64,000 nt of DNA, taken from Arenicellales bacterium. Lineage in GTDB: Bacteria > Pseudomonadota > Gammaproteobacteria > Arenicellales > JAJDZL01. The DNA lies in assembly GCA_951813075.1 (NCBI GenBank), contig OX638343.1, positions 1,688,739 to 1,752,738 on the forward strand, read 5' to 3'. The notes under the pieces were generated by a model. It worked only from the letters and a program-made list of their open reading frames with translations. It had not been told where the DNA came from and ran no database searches. Positions 31,872-41,917 of this stretch are shown here, in pieces. Both the position numbers and the translations under genes were made by a program. The first letter of the stretch is position 1. The number at the start of each line of letters is the position of its first letter.

Positions 31872-33122
31872 TTGGATTTTGAAAAGAAAATGGCTCTGGC
31901 AAACAACAGTTTGCTGAATTGCAGGAAAAGGCAAGGCAAAGCACTGCGCATCGGCGCAGTTGCCTTATTCATGGCCTTCAGTCAGGCTTCGATTGCGCAG
32001 AATCCCTGTCCGACAGTTGCTGCAGATGCACTTGATAAAGATTCGGTGGTTAACGTCTACTCTGCGAGAAAAGAGGCGCTGATTCTACCACTGCTGCAGA
32101 ATTTCCAAGCGGCATTCAGCAATCACTACGACTCGGAAATTCAGGTCAACCTGATTACCGGCAAGGCGGATGGACTACTCAAGCGAATTGAGCTGGAAGG
32201 AAAGGCGACGCCGGCGGATATTTTCATTACGGTTGACGCGGGTCGCCTGCACCGCGCGAAAAGTGCAAACGTACTACGACCTGTTCCAAAGTCAATCGCC
32301 GACAAGGTTCCGACTCATCTGCGAGACCATGGTGTTGACGGCAGCGCCGGCTATTGGATTGGCCTGTCGCAACGGGCGAGACCTATTTATTATTCGCGTA
32401 AACGCGCCGATCAGTCAGCGGTCACCTCATATGAAAAACTTGCGCATCCCGACAATGCCGGTAAACTGTGCGTCAGATCATCCGGGAGTATCTACAACCA
32501 GTCGTTGGTTGCGGCGATGATCGCCTCGATGCCGGACCGTCTCGACCAATCCGATTCGTTCGAATGGCTCAAACAAGAAACTTTGGAGTGGGCGCGGGGA
32601 CAATTGGATTCACAGAACGAAGTAACCGATCCCTACGCCGAAGCGAAGGTGTATGTTCTCGCGTGGGCAAAACAACTGGTCGAAAATTTTGCGCGTCCGC
32701 CGACAGGCGGAGATACCGACCAGATACGGGCAGTGGCGGCAGGACAGTGTGATTTCTCATTGGCCAACAGCTACTACTTCGGACGGTTGGTTGCAAAAGA
32801 CGCTGCCATGGCCGATGATGTTGGCATTATCTGGCCGAATCAGAATGACCGCGGATCGCATGTCAATGTCAGCGGCGCTGGAATCACAGTACATGCCAAG
32901 CATCCGGCGAACGCACAATGTCTGCTGGACTATATGCTCAAACCCGAATCTCAGGAATGGTATGCGCAAGTCAACTATGAATATCCGGTCTTGCCTGATA
33001 TTCCGTGGTCCGATCTGCTTACGGAATTCGGTAAATTCAAAGCAGATGATCTGGAAATGAGGAAACTGGGCGAGTTGAACTCTGAAGCGGTAAAAATCAT
33101 GGACCGCGCAGGCTGGCGATAA
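31872..33122 (+). CDS. Fe(3+) ABC transporter substrate-binding protein (FbpA/FutA-like)
   Basis: VNVYSARKE, TVDAGRL, IYNQSL, GGDTDQIRAVAAG, ANSYY Tyr pair, NYEYPV. Confidence 0.92.
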   Translation: MDFEKKMALANNSLLNCRKRQGKALRIGAVALFMAFSQASIAQNPCPTVAADALDKDSVVNVYSARKEALILPLLQNFQAAFSNHYDSEIQVNLITGKADGLLKRIELEGKATPADIFITVDAGRLHRAKSANVLRPVPKSIADKVPTHLRDHGVDGSAGYWIGLSQRARPIYYSRKRADQSAVTSYEKLAHPDNAGKLCVRSSGSIYNQSLVAAMIASMPDRLDQSDSFEWLKQETLEWARGQLDSQNEVTDPYAEAKVYVLAWAKQLVENFARPPTGGDTDQIRAVAAGQCDFSLANSYYFGRLVAKDAAMADDVGIIWPNQNDRGSHVNVSGAGITVHAKHPANAQCLLDYMLKPESQEWYAQVNYEYPVLPDIPWSDLLTEFGKFKADDLEMRKLGELNSEAVKIMDRAGWR

Positions 33123-33214
33123 TTTAATTTCGACATCTAGCGGATCAGGCTCTTACTTTCAAGTCAGGATTCGAAGACACAATTCTATTTTCGATTCCGT
33201 CCCAGTTGAAATAA

Positions 33215-34864
33215 TTGATGCGCTCTTCCAATTTTAGTCCGCTTGCCTTATCGACGCCCGTGATCACACTGATCGTGGTCTCCCCGCTGATTGCAATTTT
33301 CGGATCAGCCATCGCCACTGACAGTATCGAGTTGCTGAGACATCTGCTCGATACCGTTATCGGAGTTTACGTCACCAATTCACTGATGATGATGCTCGGA
33401 GTTGGAGCGCTGACGTTGATTATCGGTGTGCCGACAGCCTGGCTGACCAGCGTCTGTGAATTTCCCGGAAGAAAGGTTTTTGTCTGGGCATTATTGTTGC
33501 CTCTGGCATTTCCGGCCTATATCATCGCTTATACCTACACAGGCATTCTGGATTACTACGGACCTGTTTACACCTTGGTTCGTCAGATTGTCGGTGAGGA
33601 GCGATTTTCCGATCTATATTTCTCGATCCGTTCGCTGCCAGGCGCAATCGTTCTGCTCTCTCTCGTGCTCTATCCCTATGTCTATCTGCTGTCGAGAATA
33701 TCATTTCTGGAGCAATCGTCCGGATTTATCGAAATCAGCAGAACGCTCGGTTACAGCATGCGCGAGAGTTTTTTCAAAGTTGCGATCCCGCTCACCAGAC
33801 CGGCGATTGTCGCCGGTGTTTCTCTCGCCTTGATGGAAACACTTGCGGACTACGGTACCGTACAGTTCTTCGGTATCAGTACGTTCACCACTGGAATCAT
33901 CCGTACCTTCGGGAGTTTCGGCGATGCTACCGTTGCCGCACAACTTTCTGTGATGTTGTTGGGGTTTGTCGGATTGTTGATATTTTGTGAGTGGTTCTCA
34001 AGGCGGAAAATCCATTACCATTCAGCAAAAGGGAAAACCATCCATCAGTCCCGGATACGACTGAACGGCAGGAAAGCTGGTTTGGCGTGGTTGGTGTGTT
34101 TTATGCCAGTTTTCCTTGGATTTGTTTTACCTGCGCTGATTCTGCTGAAATGGACCTTGTTTGATGCCGAGTACGATCTTTCGAGATTTGCTGTACTTGT
34201 ATGGAATACGATCTATCTTGGTGCATCGGCTGCCATCATCGCGGTTACCCTTTCGGTCATTCTGGGTTACGCCAAGCGCATGGTACCGACTCCCACCGTT
34301 AGAGGGCTTGTCGCGATTTCGGGTCTGGGTTATGCCATTCCAGGCGCCATCATTGCGGTCGGCGTGATCACCCCTCTGGTCTGGCTGGACCATCGACTGA
34401 TTGAATTCTTCCAATCGGTTTTGGATATTGAAATCGGATTGGTTTTGTCCGGTACAATCTTTGCATTGTTATTCGCGTATACCGTGAGATTTCTTGCAAT
34501 TTCGTTGAACGCTGTACAAACTGGACTGCAAAGAGTCAAACCAAACATGGATTACTCGGCCCGAGTGCTGGGATGCCGACCTCTGGCGGTCTTGACAAGG
34601 GTACATCTGCCGGTTATGCGAGCCTCATTGCTCACTGCGTTCCTGATCGTTTTTGTCGATGTGCTCAAAGAGCTGCCTGCTACGCTGGTTCTGCGTCCTT
34701 TCAACTTCAACACGCTTGCCGTCCGTGCATATGAACTCGCGTCGGATGAAAGACTCATCGATGCCGCCCTGCCCTCATTGACCATCGTATTGACAGGAAT
34801 TGTTCCAGTTATCATTCTGAGCAATACAATGACGCGAGAAAAACGGCTGGGCAATAAACAATGA
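33215..34864 (+). CDS. Fe(3+) ABC transporter permease (FbpB-like)
   Basis: Two permease repeats; LMETLADYG, KELPATLVLRPFNFNTLA. Confidence 0.93.
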   Translation: MMRSSNFSPLALSTPVITLIVVSPLIAIFGSAIATDSIELLRHLLDTVIGVYVTNSLMMMLGVGALTLIIGVPTAWLTSVCEFPGRKVFVWALLLPLAFPAYIIAYTYTGILDYYGPVYTLVRQIVGEERFSDLYFSIRSLPGAIVLLSLVLYPYVYLLSRISFLEQSSGFIEISRTLGYSMRESFFKVAIPLTRPAIVAGVSLALMETLADYGTVQFFGISTFTTGIIRTFGSFGDATVAAQLSVMLLGFVGLLIFCEWFSRRKIHYHSAKGKTIHQSRIRLNGRKAGLAWLVCFMPVFLGFVLPALILLKWTLFDAEYDLSRFAVLVWNTIYLGASAAIIAVTLSVILGYAKRMVPTPTVRGLVAISGLGYAIPGAIIAVGVITPLVWLDHRLIEFFQSVLDIEIGLVLSGTIFALLFAYTVRFLAISLNAVQTGLQRVKPNMDYSARVLGCRPLAVLTRVHLPVMRASLLTAFLIVFVDVLKELPATLVLRPFNFNTLAVRAYELASDERLIDAALPSLTIVLTGIVPVIILSNTMTREKRLGNKQ

Positions 34865-35991
34865 ACGATAGCAGTTCAGTACTCAATGACTCGGCTACTC
34901 GATCGCTTCTGCAAGCACACGATGTGTCTTTAAGCTACGGCAATGGACCGCGTGCTGTGGATGGAGTCAGTTTTGAACTTCAATCCGGTGAGATAGGATC
35001 AATACTCGGTCCAAGCGGCAGTGGCAAGTCGACACTATTGAGGGGCATCGCCGGATTTGAGCAGTTAAAGGAAGGCACTATCGCCATGAACGGCGCGACT
35101 CTTTCGACACCAGAGTTTTCAATTGCTCCGGAAAAACGCAATATCGGCATGATGTTTCAGGACTATGCACTGTTTCCACATTTGAGTGTCTCACAAAATA
35201 TCTCTTTCGGACTAAGGAACTGGAAATCAACTGACAGAGAGAATCGAGTTCACAATCTACTGAAGCTGATAGGATTGGGAGACTATGGAGATCGGGACCC
35301 TTATTCGCTATCAGGAGGTGAACAGCAGCGAATCGCTCTCGCCCGAGCGATCGCCCCGAAACCAAAATTGTTATTGATGGACGAGCCTTTTTCCAGTCTT
35401 GACATCGAAATCTGCAATACGTTGATACCTGAGGTTAGACTTATTCTCAATCAGGAGAACATCTCGGCCATCATGGTTACCCATAACCACGATATCGCGT
35501 TCTCAATGGCTGACAAAATCGGCATCATGAAAGCAGGACGTGTGCACCAATGGGACATGCCGTTCAATGTGTACCACAATCCGGTAAATCGTTTTACTGC
35601 ACGGTTTGTCGGCGAGGGTGAATTCATAAAAGCGACCGTTGTAAGTGATCAAATGTTGCAGTCCACTTTCGGACTGCATGCTTTCCAAAATGACTATGGT
35701 CTGAAAATAGATGACCAGGTTGAAATACTCCTTCGACCCGATGACATCCTGCACGATGATGCAAGTCCTCTTACAGGTACGATAGTTCGAAAGTCCTTCC
35801 GCGGCTCCATTTACCTTTACACCGTGAATTTGGAAGATGGTCAGTCGTTCTATTGTCTTGCTGATTCCCACCACGATCATCAACTTGGTGAGCGTATCGG
35901 TTTGAGACTGAACATCGAGCACATCGTGTTATTCCGCAAAAATCAACAAGAGGCGTTACGCACCTTGATTCCGTCTCAGATAGAGCGATAG
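34861..35991 (+). CDS. Fe(3+) ABC transporter ATP-binding protein (FbpC-like)
   Basis: GPSGSGKST, FQDYALFPH, LSGGEQQR, DEPFSSLD. Confidence 0.93.
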   Translation: MNDSSSVLNDSATRSLLQAHDVSLSYGNGPRAVDGVSFELQSGEIGSILGPSGSGKSTLLRGIAGFEQLKEGTIAMNGATLSTPEFSIAPEKRNIGMMFQDYALFPHLSVSQNISFGLRNWKSTDRENRVHNLLKLIGLGDYGDRDPYSLSGGEQQRIALARAIAPKPKLLLMDEPFSSLDIEICNTLIPEVRLILNQENISAIMVTHNHDIAFSMADKIGIMKAGRVHQWDMPFNVYHNPVNRFTARFVGEGEFIKATVVSDQMLQSTFGLHAFQNDYGLKIDDQVEILLRPDDILHDDASPLTGTIVRKSFRGSIYLYTVNLEDGQSFYCLADSHHDHQLGERIGLRLNIEHIVLFRKNQQEALRTLIPSQIER

Positions 35992-36154
35992 AAACTAGCT
36001 GAGAAATATTCGCGCTGTTCGGTGCGAATAAAGTACGTTACCAAGCCGATATTCCTTTCGGATATTGACCAAAATGACATTCGGTCAATCGCAACTTCGT
36101 GCTAATATTGATATTCGTCGGAAACACCCCAGATTAATACTGAGATATCAGTCA

Positions 36155-36904
36155 ATGAAAACAAGTGAGTTCAATTTTTCACTAGCCGCAGCCGATGGTC
36201 AGATAATCAGGGGTGTGTACCGTGATACGTACAAGGGGCCAGTCGGAATTTTTCTGCACGGGCTGTCCTCCGATGCGGAGGGAACCAAGTCGATGCGACT
36301 GTGGAGTCAGGCCGAGCAGCTCAATCGATCGTGGATTCGATTTGACATGCGTGCACATGGCAAATCCGATGGAACGTTCCCGGAGTTTAATATATCCCGT
36401 GCGATCGAAGATACGAAACTGGCATTGTCTTTGTTTGAAGGACGTCGGAAAGTTCTGGTCGGTTCAAGCATGGGCGGCTGGGTTGCGTCACAGATTGCGC
36501 TGGATGCCGCAATGAATGTCTGCGGAACCGTGCTGATCGCCCCTGCTTTCAATTTCGTGAATGGAATTTATCTCAGTGTCTCACCGGAAGAACAGGAAGA
36601 ATGGCGCGAAACCGGATTCAAGACATTCGAAAGCCCTTACCCGGATTGCGATTACACAATGTCCTATTCCGCGGTGCTTGACTCGCTCCAGTATGATGTG
36701 TTTTCGTTCCCGGTAAGTTACAATCATCCAGTGAAGATACTACACGGTGCGCTTGACGATGTGGTGCCGTCTGATCAAAGTTTGGATTTTCAGAAACATG
36801 CAGATTCTGAAATCGAAGTCAGCATATTGCCTGATGGAGACCATCGATTGACTGATCATGCAGATCTGATTGAGTCTGCCGTCAACGAAATTTGGCCGGA
36901 CTGA
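36155..36904 (+). CDS. Alpha/beta hydrolase
   Basis: HGLSSD..GTK, GSSMGGW, HGALDDVVP, GDHRL. Confidence 0.88.
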   Translation: MKTSEFNFSLAAADGQIIRGVYRDTYKGPVGIFLHGLSSDAEGTKSMRLWSQAEQLNRSWIRFDMRAHGKSDGTFPEFNISRAIEDTKLALSLFEGRRKVLVGSSMGGWVASQIALDAAMNVCGTVLIAPAFNFVNGIYLSVSPEEQEEWRETGFKTFESPYPDCDYTMSYSAVLDSLQYDVFSFPVSYNHPVKILHGALDDVVPSDQSLDFQKHADSEIEVSILPDGDHRLTDHADLIESAVNEIWPD

Positions 36905-36930
36905 TGCGCTCCAACGTCTGATATGGTCTC

Positions 36931-37365
36931 ATGAGAGTTATTACATTTCTGTTTTTGTGTTTCCTGATCATTCCGATCGCGGAGATCTACCTGCTGATCG
37001 AGATTGGGCAGGTAATCGGAGCTGTATGGACCATTGTCGGGGTTGTCTCGACGGCACTGATCGGGGCGTGGCTGGTCAGGTTGCAAGGCATTCTCACACT
37101 GCACAGAGCAATAGGAAATCTCAGAAGTGGTGAAGTACCGGCCTTGGAACTGGTTGAAGGGTTGTTTCTGCTGGTAGCCGGAGCGTTGTTGATCACGCCA
37201 GGATTTGTCACGGACACGATTGGCTTTTTGTGTCTGACAACGCCCATCCGAAGAATGTTCGCATCCATTTTGCTGAGTCGCCTGATCATCCACGTCAACC
37301 AACAAAGCCAATCGTCAGGTTCCCAGGCGTATGACGTTAAATTCCGGGAAATAGATAACAAATAG
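36931..37365 (+). CDS. fxsA: FxsA family membrane protein
   Basis: PIAEIYLLIEIG, LLITPGFVTDTIG. Confidence 0.92.
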   Translation: MRVITFLFLCFLIIPIAEIYLLIEIGQVIGAVWTIVGVVSTALIGAWLVRLQGILTLHRAIGNLRSGEVPALELVEGLFLLVAGALLITPGFVTDTIGFLCLTTPIRRMFASILLSRLIIHVNQQSQSSGSQAYDVKFREIDNK

Positions 37366-37498
37366 TTTGTCCGGCTATAACATCGAATCGCGGTTGCCAA
37401 CCCTAAAACCGTAATTCGCGAGATAAATTTTCCCTCAATCTGAACTGTCGACGGATTTGCGTCACAAGACGGATTAACCAAAAAAATTCGTAAATCTC

Positions 37499-37545
37499 TT
37501 GACAAGTGAATGTTTTCGTAGATAATGATAATCATTATCATTAAC
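37499..37545 (+). promoter_or_regulatory. Sigma70 promoter overlapped by a perfect Fur box
   Basis: TTGACA 37499-37504; GATAATGATAATCATTATC at 37521-37539 (19/19 consensus) covers the -10 element GATAAT. Confidence 0.88.
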
Positions 37546-37568
37546 ATTTAAGAATCTGACTGATTCAA

Positions 37569-37706
37569 ATGATGTACAAATCAAAATTCAGACGAATTTT
37601 ACGAGAGATTTTTCAAGCCTTTGCGCCATATGCAATCTATGCGTACGGCACCGGTCATGTGCCAAATTTGTTTGGTGAAAGTGACGTCGCATATACAAAT
37701 GAGTAA
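37569..37706 (+). CDS. Small ORF, 45 aa (MMYKSKFRRILREIFQAFAPYAIYAYGTGHVPNLFGESDVAYTNE)
   Basis: Open frame immediately after the Fur promoter; weak RBS; below the ORF track cutoff. Confidence 0.35.
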   Translation: MMYKSKFRRILREIFQAFAPYAIYAYGTGHVPNLFGESDVAYTNE

Positions 37707-37783
37707 ATTGATCGGCAGGTAACTCCGTAACAGACTAATTTCATCAGATATTACAGTTTTAAGCTACTCTCCTCTTGCAGCTT

Positions 37784-37823
37784 TGGCAATGTCGTATTTT
37801 GATTACGATGTTGCCATTTTTTT
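37784..37823 (+). terminator. Rho-independent terminator
   Basis: TGGCAATGTCGTA-loop-TACGATGTTGCCA (13-bp stem with two G-U pairs) followed by T7. Confidence 0.8.
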
Positions 37824-37971
37824 GCAAATTTCTCACGTTCGGGTTGGTTCAATCAGAACATATGGCTCACCCTCTCATTCTTCAAATACTCCTTGTCGAA
37901 TGAGGTTATTTGCGACAATATAGTCACAATATGACTAATTTAACTACGTTATCGGCGTTTCAATTTTCGCG

Positions 37972-38877
37972 ATGGAAAATTTTGTCTATCGACGCGACCT
38001 CATCAATTCCCGCGCCCTTCTCCAGCTGAGTGAGAAGTCAGATTCAGCTGGATTGATCCGGCTTGCTCTGCATCTTATTCTGATTGGTGCATCCGGTTTC
38101 TGGGTTTGGTCGACGCAAGTCAGCTGGTGGATCGTACCATCGGGGATCGTGTATGGAACTCTCCTTACGTTCATCTTTGCGCCGCTGCATGAATGCATCC
38201 ATCGCACCGCTTTCCGGTCGAGAGGTTGGAACAACATCGTCGCGGCGATCGCAGGTTTCATACTTGTTCTTCCGGCCAATTACTTCCGATACTTTCACTT
38301 TGAACATCACAGGTATACCAACGACCCTGCTCGCGATCCGGAGCTACTGACTGAGAAGCCTCGAACTTTTCTGGGATATGTGTGGGCGATGACTGGATTG
38401 ACATCCTATTGGCTACCGCAGATTCGCCTTCTAGTGAGTCATTCTTTCGGGAAAGTCGACTCGAAATTCATTCCGGAATCGGCGTATCGAACTTTAAGGA
38501 ACGAAGCGAGAATTCACGTCGCGTTATATATCGCGATCGTCGCTGTTTCCATTTATTTTCAAAGTGCTTTGGTCGTTATTTTCTGGATTGTTCCGATTCT
38601 GGTCGGAATGGTTGCATTGAGGTTATTTCTGCTCGCGGAACACGGTGGCTGCGAACTATCTTCAAACATGCTAGTCAACACCCGTACTATCCTGACCAAC
38701 CCGATAGTGAGGCTGATTACCTGGAACATGTCGTTTCATTGTGAGCATCATCTGTTTCCTTCGGTGCCATTTCACGGTCTTCCGATTTTGCATAGCCAGG
38801 TGAGAGAGAAACTGGGAACGTTTTCATCCGGTTATCTGGAATTTCACAAAGAATTTCTTCAGTTTCTGAAGACTTAG
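37972..38877 (+). CDS. Fatty acid desaturase family protein (MocD-like)
   Basis: His boxes HECIH, HFEHH, HCEHH; DPARDPEL; TM segments. Confidence 0.88.
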   Translation: MENFVYRRDLINSRALLQLSEKSDSAGLIRLALHLILIGASGFWVWSTQVSWWIVPSGIVYGTLLTFIFAPLHECIHRTAFRSRGWNNIVAAIAGFILVLPANYFRYFHFEHHRYTNDPARDPELLTEKPRTFLGYVWAMTGLTSYWLPQIRLLVSHSFGKVDSKFIPESAYRTLRNEARIHVALYIAIVAVSIYFQSALVVIFWIVPILVGMVALRLFLLAEHGGCELSSNMLVNTRTILTNPIVRLITWNMSFHCEHHLFPSVPFHGLPILHSQVREKLGTFSSGYLEFHKEFLQFLKT

Positions 38878-39323
38878 TGGGCGTGCAAATAATTTGATAA
38901 TTTTTCACAAGTCTGATTTTTTTTGCTGGCGTAATGTGCGCCATGTCCAATAGATTGTGTTGCGAGGCTGTAATCGGTTGTTACAAGCACCGTTATAGAG
39001 GGATGCCAACGGCTCGCACACCTTCGCTCGCCCGAATAATATCAACCGCCCTGATCTGTCAACTATTGCTCACCGTATCGTAAATAGTTCGTTAACTTTG
39101 AAACAAAACACTATCTGAAAAATGCGGCTTCCCGTGTCGCGCTCACTTTGATGGCAAGACAATATTACCGATTGAAACAAGTCTACTTTTGGCGATAACT
39201 CGTGTGAAAATTCGCCATGTGAATCCAGAATTTAAAGATAAAGGCGGGAAGAGCATTAGCTCTAGTGCTGAATGAACAGCTAGAGCTAGAATTGCGTTAT
39301 TGAACCTTTCTTAAATTAGATTA

Positions 39324-39887
39324 CTACGAATCGACCAGTGACCCGTTATTAAAATATTTTTCTCTGAACCAATCAGGGTTTCCGATCTCAACATCGCGAA
39401 CAACTTTTTTGGATAACACACTCTTTAAGTCTTCCCGAAATGTAGTGCTCAAAGCATCATAAAATCGAGAATCATCTACATTCTTTGTATCACTACTAAC
39501 CAGAATCACGAAGATAAATGGCTTATCCTTAAGGAGGCTACATATGGAATTAAATTTGTTCACCAAGCGGCACAAAATCAACATTGACCCATACACTTTC
39601 AAACGATTCTCATTCCTGACTCGTTTGATAATTTCCGTTTTCCGCAAACCTTGCAATTTTAGATGATCAACAAAATCAAATAGTTTCGTTTCCTCGATCA
39701 AAAGTACATTTTTCTTTTGTATTTGAAAATAGTCACAGCAATTACACGTTCCTAAACCAACATCCTTTCTCATATCTGAGTGTTCTTCCGTACCATCCAT
39801 TTTATAAGCATGGACATCATTGTCGAGAGGAATGTCTGCCACTGTGATCGGCATCAAATATTTATCTAAACACTCAGATCCCATCAA
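39324..39887 (-). CDS. Hypothetical protein, possible PD-(D/E)xK-like nuclease partner of the AAA ATPase
   Basis: Overlaps the ATPase stop; CDYF...LLIEETK pattern, ENRLKVYGS. Confidence 0.6.
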   Translation of the reverse strand: MMGSECLDKYLMPITVADIPLDNDVHAYKMDGTEEHSDMRKDVGLGTCNCCDYFQIQKKNVLLIEETKLFDFVDHLKLQGLRKTEIIKRVRNENRLKVYGSMLILCRLVNKFNSICSLLKDKPFIFVILVSSDTKNVDDSRFYDALSTTFREDLKSVLSKKVVRDVEIGNPDWFREKYFNNGSLVDS

Positions 39888-41250
39888 TGTATAGTTCGGT
39901 AAACGGTTTAGCTAAATCTTGTTTGATCTTCGACAGATTTGTTTCGAAATCGTAGTTGTCAGATTGATCGAATAATGGTGAATTATTCATAGGAAACCGA
40001 TTCAGAGCAACAAATGACTTATCTTCAGGATTATGCTTAATATGCACTTCCAACCACTTGAGAATTTCGATACTGTGAGTAGCGATGACTACATGCACAC
40101 CCTGCTTTGCCAATTCAAACAAGGATTCCGCCATAAACACTTGCCATGATGGATGCAGATGTGCCTCCGGTTCATCAATAAACAGAAGTGACTTTTTATC
40201 TAACGCTTTACGTTCGATTAGCAATGCCAGCAGCCCTAAATTGGCGATTCCTGTTGCAGTTACCGATAAATCATATTGTCTTCCATTTTCCTGAAAGAAA
40301 ATTCTACCACTATCGGAAAGAGCGAGCCGTCCACCTAATATTTCATTGCTGGTCAATTTTCCAAAAAGATCGGGAAAAGCGATATCACCTACAAACTCAA
40401 ATTTTAAAATATTTGCCAGATCGTAAAAATACCCCGGTACACCGCTAATTTGCCTGCGATGAGAAATACTGGAAATCAAATAACGCGATTCCAATACACG
40501 CATCAGCTTCATGTAAATTGGAGACTCCAAGTAAGTAACTGTTGAAAACCCATGTAGTTGCCCGATCCCCTCAGGTTGTAAATCACAGGTAAATTTTCCA
40601 TTCAAATACTCAATTTTGCCAATTTCCTCCAAACTGATATGAAGAGGTTCCCTTTCCTTGGTTCCAAGACGAGAGACGTGTGTCACCTGAAAATTGTCAA
40701 TTAATTTTTTTTCTAGTTCTAGTTCTCTGCCTTGTAAAATTATCGATTCGATTGGCTTTTGATCCAATTCTTTTTTTAGTATCTTTATGGCATTAAACAA
40801 TTCCGAAACATATCTGTTTCTCGAACCGATTCTCCGTTCTCTCGGTTTCTTTTTTATTTTGCTACCTACGTCATGAACCAGATCAATTTGCGCTCGGAGC
40901 TCTGAGATTGTATCGTCTATCTCTTCAAAGTTATTGAACTCGCTATCATTCATAAATGACTGCAATTGAAGAAAGCGATCAACAAATTCCGTTTCAGTAT
41001 CATGAAGGTCTTTCTCCCGATTCCCTATTCGAAGACGTTGCCAAGTGTAAGCAGTGTCCATATTTTTAGACAGATGCGAAAAATACTGCTTAACATGATT
41101 TGCCCTGAGTGCCGTAATGACAGAGTAAACGGTTTTCGAAACAAAACTCTTCCCCGAATTATTCGGGCCCGCTAATACTGTAAATCTGTCCAAGTGAATC
41201 ACAGCATTATCAAGTTTTCCGATGTTTTTGATTTTTACTTCGGTCCTCAT
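39874..41250 (-). CDS. ABC-type AAA ATPase (AAA_15/AAA_21-like)
   Basis: IKNIG, GPNNSGKS Walker A, ATGI signature, FIDEPEAHLHP, ATHS. Confidence 0.9.
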   Translation of the reverse strand: MRTEVKIKNIGKLDNAVIHLDRFTVLAGPNNSGKSFVSKTVYSVITALRANHVKQYFSHLSKNMDTAYTWQRLRIGNREKDLHDTETEFVDRFLQLQSFMNDSEFNNFEEIDDTISELRAQIDLVHDVGSKIKKKPRERRIGSRNRYVSELFNAIKILKKELDQKPIESIILQGRELELEKKLIDNFQVTHVSRLGTKEREPLHISLEEIGKIEYLNGKFTCDLQPEGIGQLHGFSTVTYLESPIYMKLMRVLESRYLISSISHRRQISGVPGYFYDLANILKFEFVGDIAFPDLFGKLTSNEILGGRLALSDSGRIFFQENGRQYDLSVTATGIANLGLLALLIERKALDKKSLLFIDEPEAHLHPSWQVFMAESLFELAKQGVHVVIATHSIEILKWLEVHIKHNPEDKSFVALNRFPMNNSPLFDQSDNYDFETNLSKIKQDLAKPFTELYIDGI

Positions 41251-41499
41251 ATGATCTCTCTGAAGAAAGTTCATTGAAATTATATATACTCATTGCGACA
41301 TTGCTCTATATTCGACACGTGAAGATTCGCATTTATGATGAGATTCTTTTACCTGTTCAACAACTAATAGTTCGATTCAAACACACCAACCCACCGAGAA
41401 AAAATGTGGAAAAATTCAGACTCCTCGAAATTTGAATGAATTTACTATATTGAGAAATGTTCCCGCTCGCGAGTCTGTGTCTGGCAAGACAATGTAATT

Positions 41500-41917
41500 T
41501 AGAGATTCTAAAACTCGAAGTGACATTCTTTGTCTGTGCACTGACTTCGCTTCCAGCTGAATGGTCAATAGCATTATTGAAAATTTCGGCAAAACCGTAA
41601 TGCCACATACCCAATACGTAATCAGGAGCTTCCAGTAATAAACTTTCATTGTCATCTCGCCGTGCGACATCCTCGGCCAGTTGGCTGTTGAACGGGTATT
41701 GCTTCTCCTAACTTCCAAGAATTCGAAGATGGCAGGAGCGATTTCTGATCGCCCCTTCTGCATCCAATACCTGTTTATCGATCGACTGGCTCAGGTATCG
41801 GTTGACTGCTTACCTGTATATGAAGTTCTGAATTGAGGTTCTTTTTGCGATATCGCGGGGATGTTTCTATACCTTCTGGAATATGTAGTTCCGAACTTAT
41901 TGACTTCTTTTTATCAT
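41500..41917 (-). pseudogene. Degraded HTH-HATPase-STAS (DUF4325-type) gene
   Basis: Fragments across frames: KRSQ*VRNYIF..KHPRDIAK..AVNRYL and WHYGFAEIFNNAIDHS; several stops and frameshifts; ends approximate. Confidence 0.6.

Larger units (their letters stand above)
37533..37823 (+). ncRNA. Candidate Fur-repressed small RNA, possibly dual-function
   Basis: Bounded by the Fur-box promoter and an intrinsic terminator; CU-rich CTACTCTCCTCT just before the terminator; 5' end estimated. Confidence 0.5.

Noticed and set aside
36987-37547. 186-aa minus ORF starting MLMIMIIII
   Set aside because: Its start is the Fur box read backwards and the rest is antisense to fxsA
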